A stretch of 62,357 nucleotides of DNA, filler included, from an uncultured Methanosarcinales archaeon (GCA_964405295.1; 4 parts of 4 records of this genome joined end to end with filler, not necessarily neighbours in it); one strand, 5' to 3'; counted from the first letter of the whole stretch, positions 43,401-55,683 are shown. A program made the numbers and translations. The notes: a model not told the origin generated them from the letters alone.

Positions 43401-46400
43401 TTGTTCAAGAACATTGATCAAGTATATAAGCTGTGAGGGTTGAGATACTGTACTCTCGATCTCACTCTTTGGATCCAGCTGTATACGATAGTCTTTATTC
43501 CAAACCTCAAAGCCCATGTTATCTTCAATAGTCATACCCGGACGGGCAATATCAGGATAGGATGCGGTAGCTTCTGGCATGCCTATCTTAACAGCACTGG
43601 CAAATACAGCTTCATCATAGCCATTGTTTCTTAAATTCTCTCTCAGGTATCCCAGGCTTGGGAATTCCTTGACTAATTCATTTGTAAGAACAATCGATGA
43701 AAGCTTTACTCCACGAACAACATTGTCATCTGATACACTATATATTACCGGCTTCAATACTTTATGGATAGAATAGTCTGCAGTATAACCACCATACTTA
43801 AGGTCCTCAAACCTCTCAGGAGTCATGAATCCTTGAGCATCTGTAGAGGCAAAATTATCTTTGAATTTATCCTTCAATGCTGGAAGCTTGGCTTTCTCCT
43901 CCGGTGTAATAAGAAGCTCATTAAGACTTTCCTCAATATCATCAAGGGTCTTATTACTATCACCCATGATAAGGATCTTTGTCTTAGGCTTTATTCCAAT
44001 AGTATTATGAACTACTCCACGACTACCAGGACCAGAAGCAAGGGAATACCTACGAAGGATATCCTCTTCATTTAAGTACTGATTCATATCAGAAAGAACC
44101 AGTTGATTCAGGAAAAAGGAATTTACATAATCATTTTTGACATATAGATTCACAAGAGGAAGGATCATCTCTTTTGTAATAGCATATTCTCCTTTTATTT
44201 TACTTGCAAGAACACCTTTATTTTTACGAGTAGAGTTATTGATTTCATTTAGATCATACCCTTTAAATTCATAGAGATATTTATTCATACCCTTGATGCT
44301 GCTTAAATTAGTATCAATGGTTACTTGGTTATCAATAATAAGATCAGCATACTTATCAGCTTCACGATCAAGCAATGAAAGAACAACCTTACTATATTTA
44401 TTAATCTCAGAAGAGCTTAGTGCCTTCTCCCAAATAGAATTAGAACGGCCTTTGAGTGCTTCCTCAACAAGTCTTAGATTGATAAACTTATTTGAATTAA
44501 TATTACCTTTCTTTTGCTTCTTAGCAAGATCATTGAGTTGAGTAATAGCACTTACAACACCTGATTCAATCTGTGCTGGATTAAGTAATGATACTTCAGC
44601 AGCTATAGCCTGAGCCCTCTCGTTTGGATAGAACCACTGGAAATACTTCTTCTGTGTTTCATTACCATACTTTAGCCGGTCAATAAATCCTGCACCAAAT
44701 ACACGCATTAAGAGATCTTGTTTCTTCTCATTCTTATACGGTATATATTGTACCGTATCATCATTCTTTATCTTTCTGAGACCATCATTGGCTATAATTC
44801 TATGAATCTTATTCTTACTATCAAGGAAAATGTTATGTTTATAATAGTCTGACTGCAGGTATTTTGGTAATTCATTCTGCAGTTTCTTAGTAGTCCTGTT
44901 TTCCTGTATCAGATAATTTAATACATCACTCATAAAAGAAGAAGGTGACCAAAGGTATCTCTTCTTACCATCCATAGTCTTAACATTGGTAGCACGTACA
45001 AACTGATCTCCACTGGCAACTATCTTACCAAGAAAACTAATCATAGATTTATCATTGGAGACAAAGTATGCCATATCTTTTTTAATAGTCTCATTATCAA
45101 TTGTAGTCTCTTGTCCCCAATCTCTTAATGCTCTCTCAAAGAAACCCGGGATATCATTATATAGTTTTTCAATTCCAATATCAGGTAATGATGAAGCCTC
45201 AGACTTAAGACCAAGCTCCATAAGAAACTGTTGTACAAAGGTGTAATTTGAATTTCTGTTTGCCCTATATATAGGTGTAAGGATATCATCAACAAATCGT
45301 TTTAGATCCTTTTTAGTTTGAAATTTATCTCTTATCCTATCCTGGATCTCAGAAACTATAGATGTATGAATACCATATGATGATCCCGGAATATATGTGA
45401 TCTTATAAGCACCAGCTGAATCCCACTTGCTTTCAGCGATAAAGAAGTTCTTCTCCTGCTGGTTGTTAAGAAGATTTAAGATAGCTTTAAACTGATTCTT
45501 ATTCTGTAGGTATGTAAATTGTCCGATAAGCTGGTCTAACTTAATATCTGTAGCATTTGAAATCCTGTTAAGATAAGCTGCAGTATTCTCATTCTTATTT
45601 CTTGTTATCACATCAAAACCAAGCACCTTGGCTTTGTTAGGTCCATTAATCTCCTCATTCATATCAATCTTGCCATGAACAAATACATCCTCGTTGGTAA
45701 ACTTCATCTTTCGGGAAAGCTTACGAGAATTCTTATCAAGTGGTGAAGTGGCCTTATTGTATAATGATTTAAACTCATTAGCAATAACCTTTATCCGTGG
45801 ATGTCCACCAAGCTGTTCTACTTTCTGATCTATCTGATGATCAAATTTTGACTGATCAATCCTAAGTCCTTCAAGTAGCTGAAGCATTCTTACATATGCT
45901 TCTCTCCATGGCATGTATGCTTGTTTACCAATTTTTACATTAGAAAGAAAGTCCTTTACAAGACCACTAAGTTTACTTTCCTGGTTCCATTGGTCTGACT
46001 CAAGAATATTCTTTGCAAGATTCTCAGATGTCATCTCCTGTAGCTCCTTCATCTGATCCTCAACAGAGAGTTCTTCTTTCACTACAATATCCTGAGCTTT
46101 ATTCATCTGCCAGTTCTCATAGATATTATTCCAGATACCACTATAATTATTTGTTGTAGCATCTAAATATCTAAGATCATTCTTATAAAGGAAGTAATCA
46201 CTTTCACTAAGCTCCTCTTCTTTTGAATCGTGCTTCGCTAATATGTTCTTGGTAAGACTTCTTTCATCTTCAATATCATTTAATACTGCACTGTATATTT
46301 CTCTACGTGTCATTGGATACTTAATATTATCCTGGTATCCTTCGATTGTTTTACCATTGGTGATAATATCATTTACCTTTTCAAGTATGATATCCTTACC

Positions 46401-49400
46401 TGCAGTATATAGATCAAGAGCAACATGGAATGATTCGGTGCCAAACATACTCATGATGGCATTCATTGGTTTACTGATACCATGTACACTATTTCTATTC
46501 TTACGATAGTATCCACTCTCTATAGTACCAAAGAATCGCTCTATGTTATTGGTATTAAGATTACCAAAATACTTCATGATCCTGGAAAGAAAGTTGTAGA
46601 AATTCATCAAGATTTTATTTAATCCCTTGATTGGCTTCTGTTCATTACGGTGCCAGGATATAGCCATCAGCTCTTCGATCTCTTCCGGAGACTTATTCTT
46701 ATGTTCCGGATTCTGCTTTCTAAAAGCATTATCAACATTAACTCTTTCCTTTTCACTGAGTCCCTCCCAAAAGATCTTATGAAAAGCTTCGTGTCTGATT
46801 GGATTCTCAAAGGTCTGACCATCCTCACTCATCACATAGATAGCTTCATCTCTGTATACTCCAAAGGAAGATTCTCCAGCGATACTATCAACTGTAGCTT
46901 TTCTAACAAAACGTATAACATCCTCATTCTCTGTAGTTGTTAAAGGAATATACTTCTGTGCAATCTTTAAAGCCTCTTCGTTTGTTATTGGACGACCAAG
47001 TTCTTGTGGATGTGGTGACATCCTACGATTACGCTTATTGGCTCTTCTTTTTGCCTGATCTGCAAGCAACCTTTCTGCCTCCGTCTTCCCTTTCTTAACA
47101 ACTGTACCTACTTTTTTTATCAGTTTAGTTTTAGGAGCTGCAGGAATCTTCTCCTGATATGCTTCATTGATATCTACCTGTATTCTGGTTCTGTTTATAC
47201 TCTCAAGCTTGGTACCTAAGACAGCTTCCAGTTCATCTATATGAGAATCAATATCCTCACCACGATTGTTTATAAAGTCAATCTTCAGTGGGAGATAGTA
47301 ATTATTATTATTCCCGGCATTATCGAAGTTTAATATTTCATCAAGCTGTTCGATAGTAATAGGTTTCTTCTCAAACTCATCCCTTAATTCTTTGAACTTG
47401 TTAGCACTTATACCCTCAACATCTGCTCCTATGCTTTTAAATTCAAGAAGCTTCTGCTCCAGGGCCTCGATGTTCTCTTCGGAAGCAATGGACTTATCAG
47501 ATACCTTCCATGTGCTTGCTTTGATATCAGTATTTTCAAATCCTAATCTCTTAGCCTCTGCCATTACCTGATCATGTAGATTAATCAAGTGTTCATAATA
47601 CTGACCGAAGGTAGTCTCACTGGCAAGTAAAGACTTAGATGTGGTAAGATAATTATTGGATCTCTTGTTATCAGCAAAGATGGTATTGGCTGTACGTATA
47701 GCAAATGAAGCCTTCGTGTTGGCTTTGCTAAGTATATTCATTGCAATCTGTGCATCACCCTTACCGGCTACAAGATCTGGCTTGGTAATATATGATGCCT
47801 TATCAGGATTACGGGTACTCCTACCAAGGATAGTCCCCATCTCTGAATTCTTACTTTTCTTAAACTCATAGGTAACTGACGGATCTACCTTCTGTGCTTT
47901 GGAGAGATATTCATTCATTCCTTTCTCTCCCTCAACTTCAATAGGTGTTTCTCCTACTCCATAAAATCCCGGAATAAGAACCTTTGCCTGTTCTTCGAGT
48001 ATATCAAATTGCTCTTGTGTTAATTTAGGAAGACCAAAGGAAGGATTCTCTTCAGTATGTTCTTTAAATGTATATCCTTTCTCGGCTCTTGGCTCAACAC
48101 TTTCATCAACAACAGTATAGTTACGTTTGAATCTCTTGATTAAAGTATTTACACCAGGATCTCCTATACTTCCAATTCCATTTACTCTTAATTCATTAGC
48201 TGCATTTCTCCAAGGAGCTATCAGTGCCGGGAATTTATCGTTCTTCTTTATTGATCTTCCAGTAAGACTTACAAACTGGTCTTCACCTTTTCTGTGGATA
48301 AGAAGATAAGGTACACCGGCTCTGAGAGCATTATCCCTGTGGGTATATATCTTAATCGAGAACTTCAGGTCTTCACCTTTGAATACTCTGCTGATCTCAT
48401 TCTGTAGTTGTGTTATAAATCCACTACCTTTTTTTACAATATTATCTTTATTATAAACATATGATAATGGCTGTGATTTACGAACAGTACCTTCTGAAAG
48501 TATCGTTGGTCCCTCTGCAAGAAGTAATTCACCCTCATTCACCCGGGAAAGTCCATTGTATAACTTAGGATCTACCTCACTAAAGGCGTTGTTAAGCCTT
48601 CTACCGAACTTTGTTAGCAGAAGCTCATCTTGTGTCATGATGCCAATAATAGCCCACTGTGGCGTAGCTAATGAGCTACCATTGTCATTTGTGAGCTCTC
48701 CCACTACCTGAATCTGATCCTGCTGGCTATCTTTATTGTATGCCTTAATGAATTTAACAGCAGATCCTTTCTTAACAATAGGGCCTCCCTCTCGTTTACC
48801 TGGCTTTATAGGGTGATATGATGCAGCTTGTAACTCCACGGTATTAGCTGGTGAAAGATCCTCTTCGTTTGCCCAGGTACCGCCATCTGAAGGTACATTC
48901 TCTGAACTTAATGGATCTCTTTCTCCCGGGGTTCTATTTGTCTGTTCTTCAGCAATCTCTTTCTCCTCCTCTGTAGTAATCTGAAATATTTGTGGAGCAT
49001 CAAAGTCTACATTTTCCATCTCATCACCCAAGACTTCAGCTTCAAATGATAAACGATCTGCATAGGTAGCGGCTATTTCCAGGTTACGTTTTTCAAAATC
49101 TTCAACTACTATCTCGTCTACACTATAATCCCACACTCCCTCTTCCTTATATGAACGTACCATTAAGTATTGTATACCACGGGAAAGAGAAGTATACATA
49201 GCACTATTAAATCTCCTTGTATTTGTAAAGTCATTAGGATCCAGATCAACATAAACTTCATCATACTCAAGGCCGGCAACATCATAATATTGCATAGTCT
49301 CCACAACTTCGATATCTACATTCATATCTTGAAGTGCTTTCTCATATACCCGTACTTGTGCCTTATTACTTACTACAATAACACGACTTCTTTCATTAGC

Positions 49401-52034
49401 TTTCTCATGTACCTTAAGCTGTTGTATGATATCATCAATACGTTTTGTCACATGAACACCTTCAGCTGGCTTACCAATCTTGTCTGTAGCAATTCCCTGC
49501 ATAGCTTTAATCTCTCCCGGGAAGTCCTGAAAGATATTCTGTGTACGATTGATCGATGCATTACCAGAACGGAATACACTGGTCAATGGACTAATCTCTT
49601 TGATAGCAGGAATACTCCCTACCAGTGAGTTTATAGCAGCATCCTCTTCATCTTTGGATGTAACCTGTGTTGGATCACCAAGAGCAAATAGACGAAGAAC
49701 TTCCCTGGTTGTTTTATTATCCTTATTTGATTTCTTGATTATCTTATTCGCTTCTACGATTTTATCAGCCAATACATCCAATTCTTCCTTAGACATACGA
49801 GCAACCTCATCAAGGATAACTATCTGATTCTCTTCTCTTAAAAGATGTTCAAGAGTAATGTCATTTGCAAGACCTGTGTTCTTGACTCCTTTTAAACTTG
49901 CCTGAAGAATCCCCAATGCTTTTTTATGAGTACTAAGTGCTGTAACATTATCTGGAGTAAGGCCCAGCAACTCAGGAAGGTGAGAACTAATCAATCTTGT
50001 TTTACCGGTACCGGCTAATCCCTTGATATAATACCAAAGGGAATATCGTTGATCTTCATTCTTAGTCTTACGCTTCACATTGAAAAGCAATTCACGTAAT
50101 GCTATTAACTGCTGGCTACTTGGAGCATGGCGATCCTTACTCCTAAGTAGATGACTCTCCCTACCTATAATACTTGTAATATCTTCTTGGCTCTCTACCC
50201 TATCACGCAGATTGATATTTGCCAGTACATCGATATGTGCTTTCAGAAGTCCGTCAAGAGCTTCAGTAGTAATACCTTTATACTTTAGATCAACACCCTT
50301 TTGAGTAGCATCATATAATGCATACACATCTTTATCACGAAGGAACTTATCAATAACATTACTCTCCTGGATACCAGATTCAAATCTATTGACAAGATCT
50401 TTAATAAGCTGGTCAAATGTCTTAAATGGATTAACAGCATATGAAGCCAAAATAATATAGTACCCCTTATTTTTATCTTCTTTTACCGAAGGAAGATCTT
50501 CATATACTCTTTCAAACTCCTCGACTAATCCTTTTCTTTCGTCTTCAACACGGGCAAGTAATCTGGCTCTACCTTCCTTAGTCTTCTTTACTTCATGAAG
50601 GATCCTCTCAACAAAAATACCATCAAAGGTATAGTCCACTCCCTCTCTACGTGCTTTGCTAGCTTTCTTGAGAATGTCATTAAGGAAATCTTTACCAACA
50701 GCATCTTCTATAATATTGTATATAGATTCATTGACTATCTTAAAGGAATTATCCTGGATATCTACCTTCAAACCAATAGATGTAAACAAGCTCTTACTAT
50801 AATTTACCATGCTCTTACGATCAGCACTCTTTCTGTCAGCTGCATTCTTCTCAACATCTTTCTGTATAGCCTTTAGATCCTTGATAGCTTCATCAACACT
50901 ATCGATATATCCCTTAAACTCATTTGTTCTGAGCATCATCTTTCTCCCGGGAGTACCATATACTGTCTTCCTATTCTGTAATGCAGAGATAAGCTCTTGC
51001 ACAAATGTATCATCATCATATGCCTTAGGGTTGGTGTTATATACATCAATCGTATTCCTGGCCGTTACAATTGGTTGGTCAGCAAACTCCCTCTGAAACT
51101 TACGATATGACTTCTTATAATTACTTGGAAGAGAACGATCTGTTTTCTTTGATAGCTCATTAAGATTCTTAATCTCCTCGAGAGCTTTATTAAGGTCAGA
51201 TGTTCTTGCATTGTAGTTCTCCAGCCATGCCTGGTCCCTGTAATATTTCTTCTGATCAAAGTTTTCATTAGGAACTTCTGTTGGAGTAGGCATACCCATC
51301 TTATCCTCTATAAATTCCGTAGTAGTTGGAGTGTTAGTATTCATATCCTCTTCCCGGGATTCTTTTTCACGCTCAAGGCCGGAGAGACTTTTCTCCCTGG
51401 CATCGATCATGTTCTGGATCCTGTTAACTTCACCTTCAGTTACAATACCACCATCGCTTATTGCCGATAGTGCAGTTTCAATAACACCACTAATAGGAGT
51501 CTTTCCTTTACGAGCATCTGCAATACCTTTATTGATCGCAGCTTTCTTGGAGAACTGTTTCCCAATATTTAAGAAGTGGCTATACCTGGTACCAAATTCA
51601 TTTGCCATTGCTGACGGTCCGAACCCGGATTGATTGGCTACATTACCCTCAAGATATTCAAATAAGAATCGTGTGGAGAATGGATTTTGTGTGCCATTAA
51701 GAGCTTTAAATTCCTGAACATCATACATTGCTCTCAGGTAATCATCTCTCTTTTTAATGGTCTCATCTTTATTGACCTGATCCATTTTCTTCAAAGCATC
51801 ATTGTATGTATCAATCTCCTGATTGAATTCATTATAAAGCCTCTCCCGGGTAGATTTATTTTTGATCTGCTTTTCAGTATTCAAACTATCCTTAATCAGA
51901 TTATCAATATTCTCTTTCTCCTGATCACTAATATTATCATTAGACTTCAGCTTCTCCAGAAGACCACGCTTAATCTTTTCGAGATATAAAGTTTTCCCAA
52001 GAACAATCTTAAATAATTTACTCTTATCATCTTC
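37417..52034 (-). CDS. Giant phage polyprotein (partial at both ends): SF1 helicase, zincin, crAss-like virion RNA polymerase, zincin, RecB-like nuclease
   Basis: Frame open across the whole contig, including upstream of the track start at 51884. Motifs: GLAGTGKT, ILDE, GDPTQ, YTSLSRG; HEAFH; TDAQG, SAVKIG, RIPSS, GSDFDVD; HELSH; GTID...IDYKTG...QLMLY. Confidence 0.85.
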
Positions 52035-52134
52035 NNNNNNNNNNNNNNNNNNNNNNNNNNNNNNNNNNNNNNNNNNNNTTAATTAATTAANNNNNNNNNN
52101 NNNNNNNNNNNNNNNNNNNNNNNNNNNNNNNNNN
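52035..52134. other. Artificial contig linker
   Basis: N-run, TTAATTAATTAA at 52079-52090, N-run. Confidence 0.97.
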
Positions 52135-52150
52135 ATTTGATATGCAATCC

Positions 52151-52187
52151 ATAATAATTTACAATTAAAAATGTTACAACGAGTGAA
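52151..52187 (+). repeat. Dispersed element, left half only (copy F)
   Basis: ataataatttacaattaaaaatgttacaacgagtgaa matches 61141-61177 ataacaagttacagttaaaagtgttacaccgagtgaa. Confidence 0.7.
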
Positions 52188-52190
52188 TTC

Positions 52191-52547
52191 ATGAAAGAAG
52201 TTGCGATCCAAGAGGCTAAAAGAAATATCGGGAAAAGTTTTAGTGTTATGATTGATCGTCCTTTTGGATCATCTCACCCTAAACATCCGAATATAATCTA
52301 TCCAATCAATTATGGATACATACCTGGGCTTATTGGTGGTGATCAAGAAGAACAAGATGTATACGTTATTGATTCTCAAGAGCAATCTAAAGTATTAAAT
52401 GTAACAATTATTGCTGTGATCTATCGTCAAGATGATGTTGAGACAAAATGGGTTGGTGTTGTTGATCATACAAAACATTATACAAATCAGGAGATAATGG
52501 ATATTGTTCATTTTCAAGAACAGTATTATACTTCGCAAATAATTTGA
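52191..52547 (+). CDS. Short family I inorganic pyrophosphatase-like protein
   Basis: IDRPFGSSHP, YPINYGYIPG, GDQEEQDVY, DDVETKWV. Confidence 0.85.
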   Translation: MKEVAIQEAKRNIGKSFSVMIDRPFGSSHPKHPNIIYPINYGYIPGLIGGDQEEQDVYVIDSQEQSKVLNVTIIAVIYRQDDVETKWVGVVDHTKHYTNQEIMDIVHFQEQYYTSQII

Positions 52548-52643
52548 AAACACCATATTGAACAATAATAGGACTTCAATAATTATTGCTTAAAAAATTA
52601 TTTATAAAAAAAATTATTAGCTTCGATTTTTAAGGATTAATTG

Positions 52644-52735
52644 ATATACAATAGGTAACGTTTTATCAACTATAAGTGTTATAACGAGGCGTACCATAAA
52701 TAGTTGGAACTAATGATACGCATCGCAAAACAAAG
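52644..52735 (+). repeat. Dispersed element, full copy A
   Basis: tcaactataagtgttataacgag...cataaatagttggaactaatgata...aacaaag. Confidence 0.75.
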
Positions 52736-52781
52736 CCTTTATTAGCTTACATTTTAGTACCTTTTGGTATAATTCAATAAA

Positions 52782-52976
52782 CTATGACTTGTAGATAAAG
52801 ACTTCCGCTATTTCTGTATCTAAGATTTCTGCAATTTTAAATGCTAAAACCAAACTTGGAGAATATTTGTTTTTTTCAATTGCATTAATAGTTTGTCTTG
52901 TGCAATCTGTTAAGTTTGCCAACTCTTCCTGAGTCATTTCTTTACGTGCCCTTAAGTATTTGATATTATTTTTCAT
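52782..52976 (-). CDS. Small XRE/Cro HTH regulator
   Basis: MKNNIKYLR...MTQEELA...TRQTINAIEKNKYSPSLVLAFKIA; probable start 52976. Confidence 0.92.
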   Translation of the reverse strand: MKNNIKYLRARKEMTQEELANLTDCTRQTINAIEKNKYSPSLVLAFKIAEILDTEIAEVFIYKS

Positions 52977-52977
52977 A

Positions 52978-53403
52978 TTAATTCTCACGCTTGTAGAAAT
53001 ACACATGAATTGAAGCGGTAATGAAATAACCAAATGAAAATGTAGAGTATGCAATAAACCAAGCCCAAGATACGTTCATCGAACCTTCATCTCTATAAAT
53101 ATTAAACAATATAATTGAAAGTAGAAATACGTAAATCAACGAAATGACCAAACCTATGGTAGATGATTTTTTTTGTATAAGATAGTCTCTCTCATCAATC
53201 ACATTGCTTTTTTTATTTGTAAGTAGCAGCATTAAAGCAAAAGAAAGCATTGCAGTAAAAATAACGACTGCATTGATAACAATAAATATTTTTTTCGTTA
53301 AAAAATCTTCTGGACCGATAAATGCAAAGAAAATGACTAAAAAAGCAAATAGAATTCCAAATATAATACTTGTAGCAAAAGATCTAGCGTATGAAACATT
53401 CAT
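52978..53403 (-). CDS. DUF2178-like membrane protein
   Basis: Four TM helices, IDERDYLI motif, GAGGTGG RBS; paired with the XRE gene. Confidence 0.75.
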   Translation of the reverse strand: MNVSYARSFATSIIFGILFAFLVIFFAFIGPEDFLTKKIFIVINAVVIFTAMLSFALMLLLTNKKSNVIDERDYLIQKKSSTIGLVISLIYVFLLSIILFNIYRDEGSMNVSWAWFIAYSTFSFGYFITASIHVYFYKREN

Positions 53404-53444
53404 ATAACCACCTCTAATATTAATATATACCATTTTATATAGAA

Positions 53445-53462
53445 TGTAAAATATATTTTACA
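53445..53462. promoter_or_regulatory. Palindromic operator, probably for XRE autoregulation
   Basis: Perfect 18-bp palindrome TGTAAAATATATTTTACA upstream of the DUF2178-XRE operon. Confidence 0.6.
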
Positions 53463-53676
53463 AAATGTAAAAAAAACCAGATAAATTTTACCTTTTTTGG
53501 CTTGTTATAGTTTGCAATGCTACTAATGAACTTTAAAGTAAAGTAAGTTAAAAGTCATTATTTTTATAAATTTACCGATTAAAAGATCTAGATAATTTGG
53601 ATTAGAATAGTTTAGATTATGCATAAAATAGTATGAACTAAGTCTTTATATTAAGAAGAAAGAAAGATGATTATGC

Positions 53677-53766
53677 TATAAATATAATAAGAAGTTACAA
53701 CTAAAAATGTTATAATGAAACGTATCACAAATAGTTGCAACTAATGATATGAAATGTATAACAAAG
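53677..53766 (+). repeat. Dispersed element, full copy B
   Basis: aagttacaactaaaaatgttata...atcacaaatagttgcaactaatgata...tataacaaag. Confidence 0.8.
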
Positions 53767-53845
53767 CTATTTGCTATCTGGTAGAATATGATATGCTATG
53801 AATTATTTTATACTGAAAAAGTAACAATGTGGAAGGAGTGTTTGT

Positions 53846-54127
53846 ATGAAATATTTAATTATTTACCTTTTGTTTATTAACATTGTATCTTTTTTTATCT
53901 ATGGTCTTGATAAAAATAAAGCCAAAAAAGGGAAATGGAGAATCAAAGAAAGTACTTTGCTTTTTTTCTCATTATTAGGTGGTGGGTTAGGATCGTTTTT
54001 AGGAATGCAAATATACAGACATAAAACACAAAAAATGAAATTTAAATTTGGCGTTCCATTTTTAACGATTGTATTTTTAGTGATTTTGTACCTTGTAAAT
54101 CACTATACAACTTTAATAAACCTATAA
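53846..54127 (+). CDS. DUF1294 family membrane protein
   Basis: YGLDKNKAKKGKWRIKESTL...GGGLG...RHKTQK. Confidence 0.92.
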   Translation: MKYLIIYLLFINIVSFFIYGLDKNKAKKGKWRIKESTLLFFSLLGGGLGSFLGMQIYRHKTQKMKFKFGVPFLTIVFLVILYLVNHYTTLINL

Positions 54128-54150
54128 AAAAAACAATCTTTCGATTGTTT

Positions 54151-54609
54151 TTATTTTGTGAATATTTCTGAAACTTTGTTTCTGACCTTTTCACTTGTTA
54201 ATAGAATAAGCATTAATGGTAGCAAAATAAATTCAAATATCATCCCTATTCCAGGAACAATATTTGCTCCTAAGAAAGAATCACCTAAGTCAGTTATATA
54301 GACTATTAAGACAACTGCAAAATACACTAATAATGCGGCGTAAATCAGTCTAGACATGTATTTTTTAGTAAAAAATACTGATGCAAGATAAATACTGACG
54401 AATACAATTGCAATAACAAAATAAGTGTTACCGTCTTCAGTGTCAAGGAACTTGATACCCCCATCTCCAATAAAGGTTTTTAGAATATAAACAGGCATTA
54501 AATAAGTAACTAAGTATAAAACAGCCAAAGCGGTTTGTAGCATACTTGTAACAAAGTATCCGATTTCTCCTTTTAGCAAGATTTTCCCATTAAATTTAAA
54601 ATTTTCCAT
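54151..54609 (-). CDS. Membrane protein
   Basis: Four TM helices, AGGAGG RBS. Confidence 0.75.
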   Translation of the reverse strand: MENFKFNGKILLKGEIGYFVTSMLQTALAVLYLVTYLMPVYILKTFIGDGGIKFLDTEDGNTYFVIAIVFVSIYLASVFFTKKYMSRLIYAALLVYFAVVLIVYITDLGDSFLGANIVPGIGMIFEFILLPLMLILLTSEKVRNKVSEIFTK

Positions 54610-54795
54610 ATTTTTCTCCTCCTTGTTTTTTGCTCCTTAATTATATACTTTAAGGGATGAAAAAACAAATAATAAAAGATTATTCTTATTTCATATTCAT
54701 TCATTTGTTGAATCAAACTCTAAATAAAGAATAAATCAAGTTCTATGGGTCCATATTAAGTGCAATTACAGCTTTTAATACAGCTATAACTTAAT

Positions 54796-55216
54796 TTAGT
54801 ATCTGTTGTTTTTCAAGATTTCAAACTATTCTCAACTACTATAAATGATAATGTAACTAGTGGCGAAAGAGAAAATGACGAAAAAACCCTTGAATCTTTA
54901 GCTCAAGCTAGATTGAAGGCACGAATAGAAAAATTAGAAAACGGTATTGATACTTATCTTTATTCAAATTTTGGTGAACAAGGTGGAGAAGTTCAAAAAT
55001 TACTATAGCAAGAGCGTTATATAAAGACACTCCTTTAGTTATTCTTGACGACTCAAACATCTTAACAGAGTGTCATCATGTAGATTTTGTGACGGTATAA
55101 TTGTATTTGGTAAAGGTGAAATAACTCAGTCAGGGAAACATTATGAATTATTATGCAGCACTAATGGTTTATATTATAATATGTGGTCTGCGCAAGCTAA
55201 ATATTATAATACATAA
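54796..55216 (+). pseudogene. Degraded 3' part of an ABC exporter ATPase domain
   Basis: SVVFQDFKLFSTTINDNV...LENGIDTYL...GGEVQK, then a frameshift to IARALYKDTPLVILD, then RFCDGIIVFGKGEITQSGKHYELL...GLYYNMWSAQAKYY; no 5' part. Confidence 0.8.
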
Positions 55217-55406
55217 AACACAGATAGAAGAAATCACCAAGAACCATAATTTAAGGTGGCTATTAATTATACGAATAATCGATTAAATATTTTATAATGA
55301 TATTTCTTGAATATAAATATGTTATAATAAGTATGAAATAATTTAGCAAAATAGATTTCAAAACTCAACAAGTATTTACATATATTTCTAGAAGGAGGTT
55401 GTTCAT

Positions 55407-55577
55407 ATGTCGGGAGATACAAAAAGAATTTTATTAGCCATTCTTAGTTTATTTGTCCCAATTATCGGAATCATCTTATTTTTCTTATATACGCCAAAAA
55501 AAGATGCAAGATTATTTGGTTTGCTTGGATTAATAAGTATTATTTTTTGGGGATTTGGTGGACTTAATTTATTCTAA
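55407..55577 (+). CDS. Small two-TM membrane protein (56 aa, not in the ORF track)
   Basis: AAGGAGGT RBS; MSGDTKRILLAILSLFVPIIGIILFFLY...; followed by a terminator-like hairpin. Confidence 0.75.
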   Translation: MSGDTKRILLAILSLFVPIIGIILFFLYTPKKDARLFGLLGLISIIFWGFGGLNLF

Positions 55578-55593
55578 ATAAGTGTATTAAGAC

Positions 55594-55630
55594 AAAAGGC
55601 CATACTATTCCGAAAATAGTGCGGTTTTTT
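55594..55630 (+). terminator. Intrinsic terminator
   Basis: Imperfect hairpin gcc-atactatt-ccgaa-aatagtg-cggt followed by a T-run. Confidence 0.55.
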
Positions 55631-55664
55631 AATTTTTGATTCTGGACTGGTATGAAAATTTGTT

Positions 55665-55683
55665 CAGAAATAGTTGAAACTAA
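55665..55683 (+). repeat. Dispersed element, right half only (copy G)
   Basis: cagaaatagttgaaactaa matches 62157-62175 cacaaatagttgaaactaa. Confidence 0.55.

Noticed and set aside
38031..51989. Many short + strand ORFs (and similar ones opposite other long genes)
   Set aside because: Antisense shadows of long coding frames, with no recognisable motifs.
37417..52034. Stop-codon reassignment, as known in some crAss-like phages
   Set aside because: The frame is fully open in code 11, so there is no evidence of recoding.
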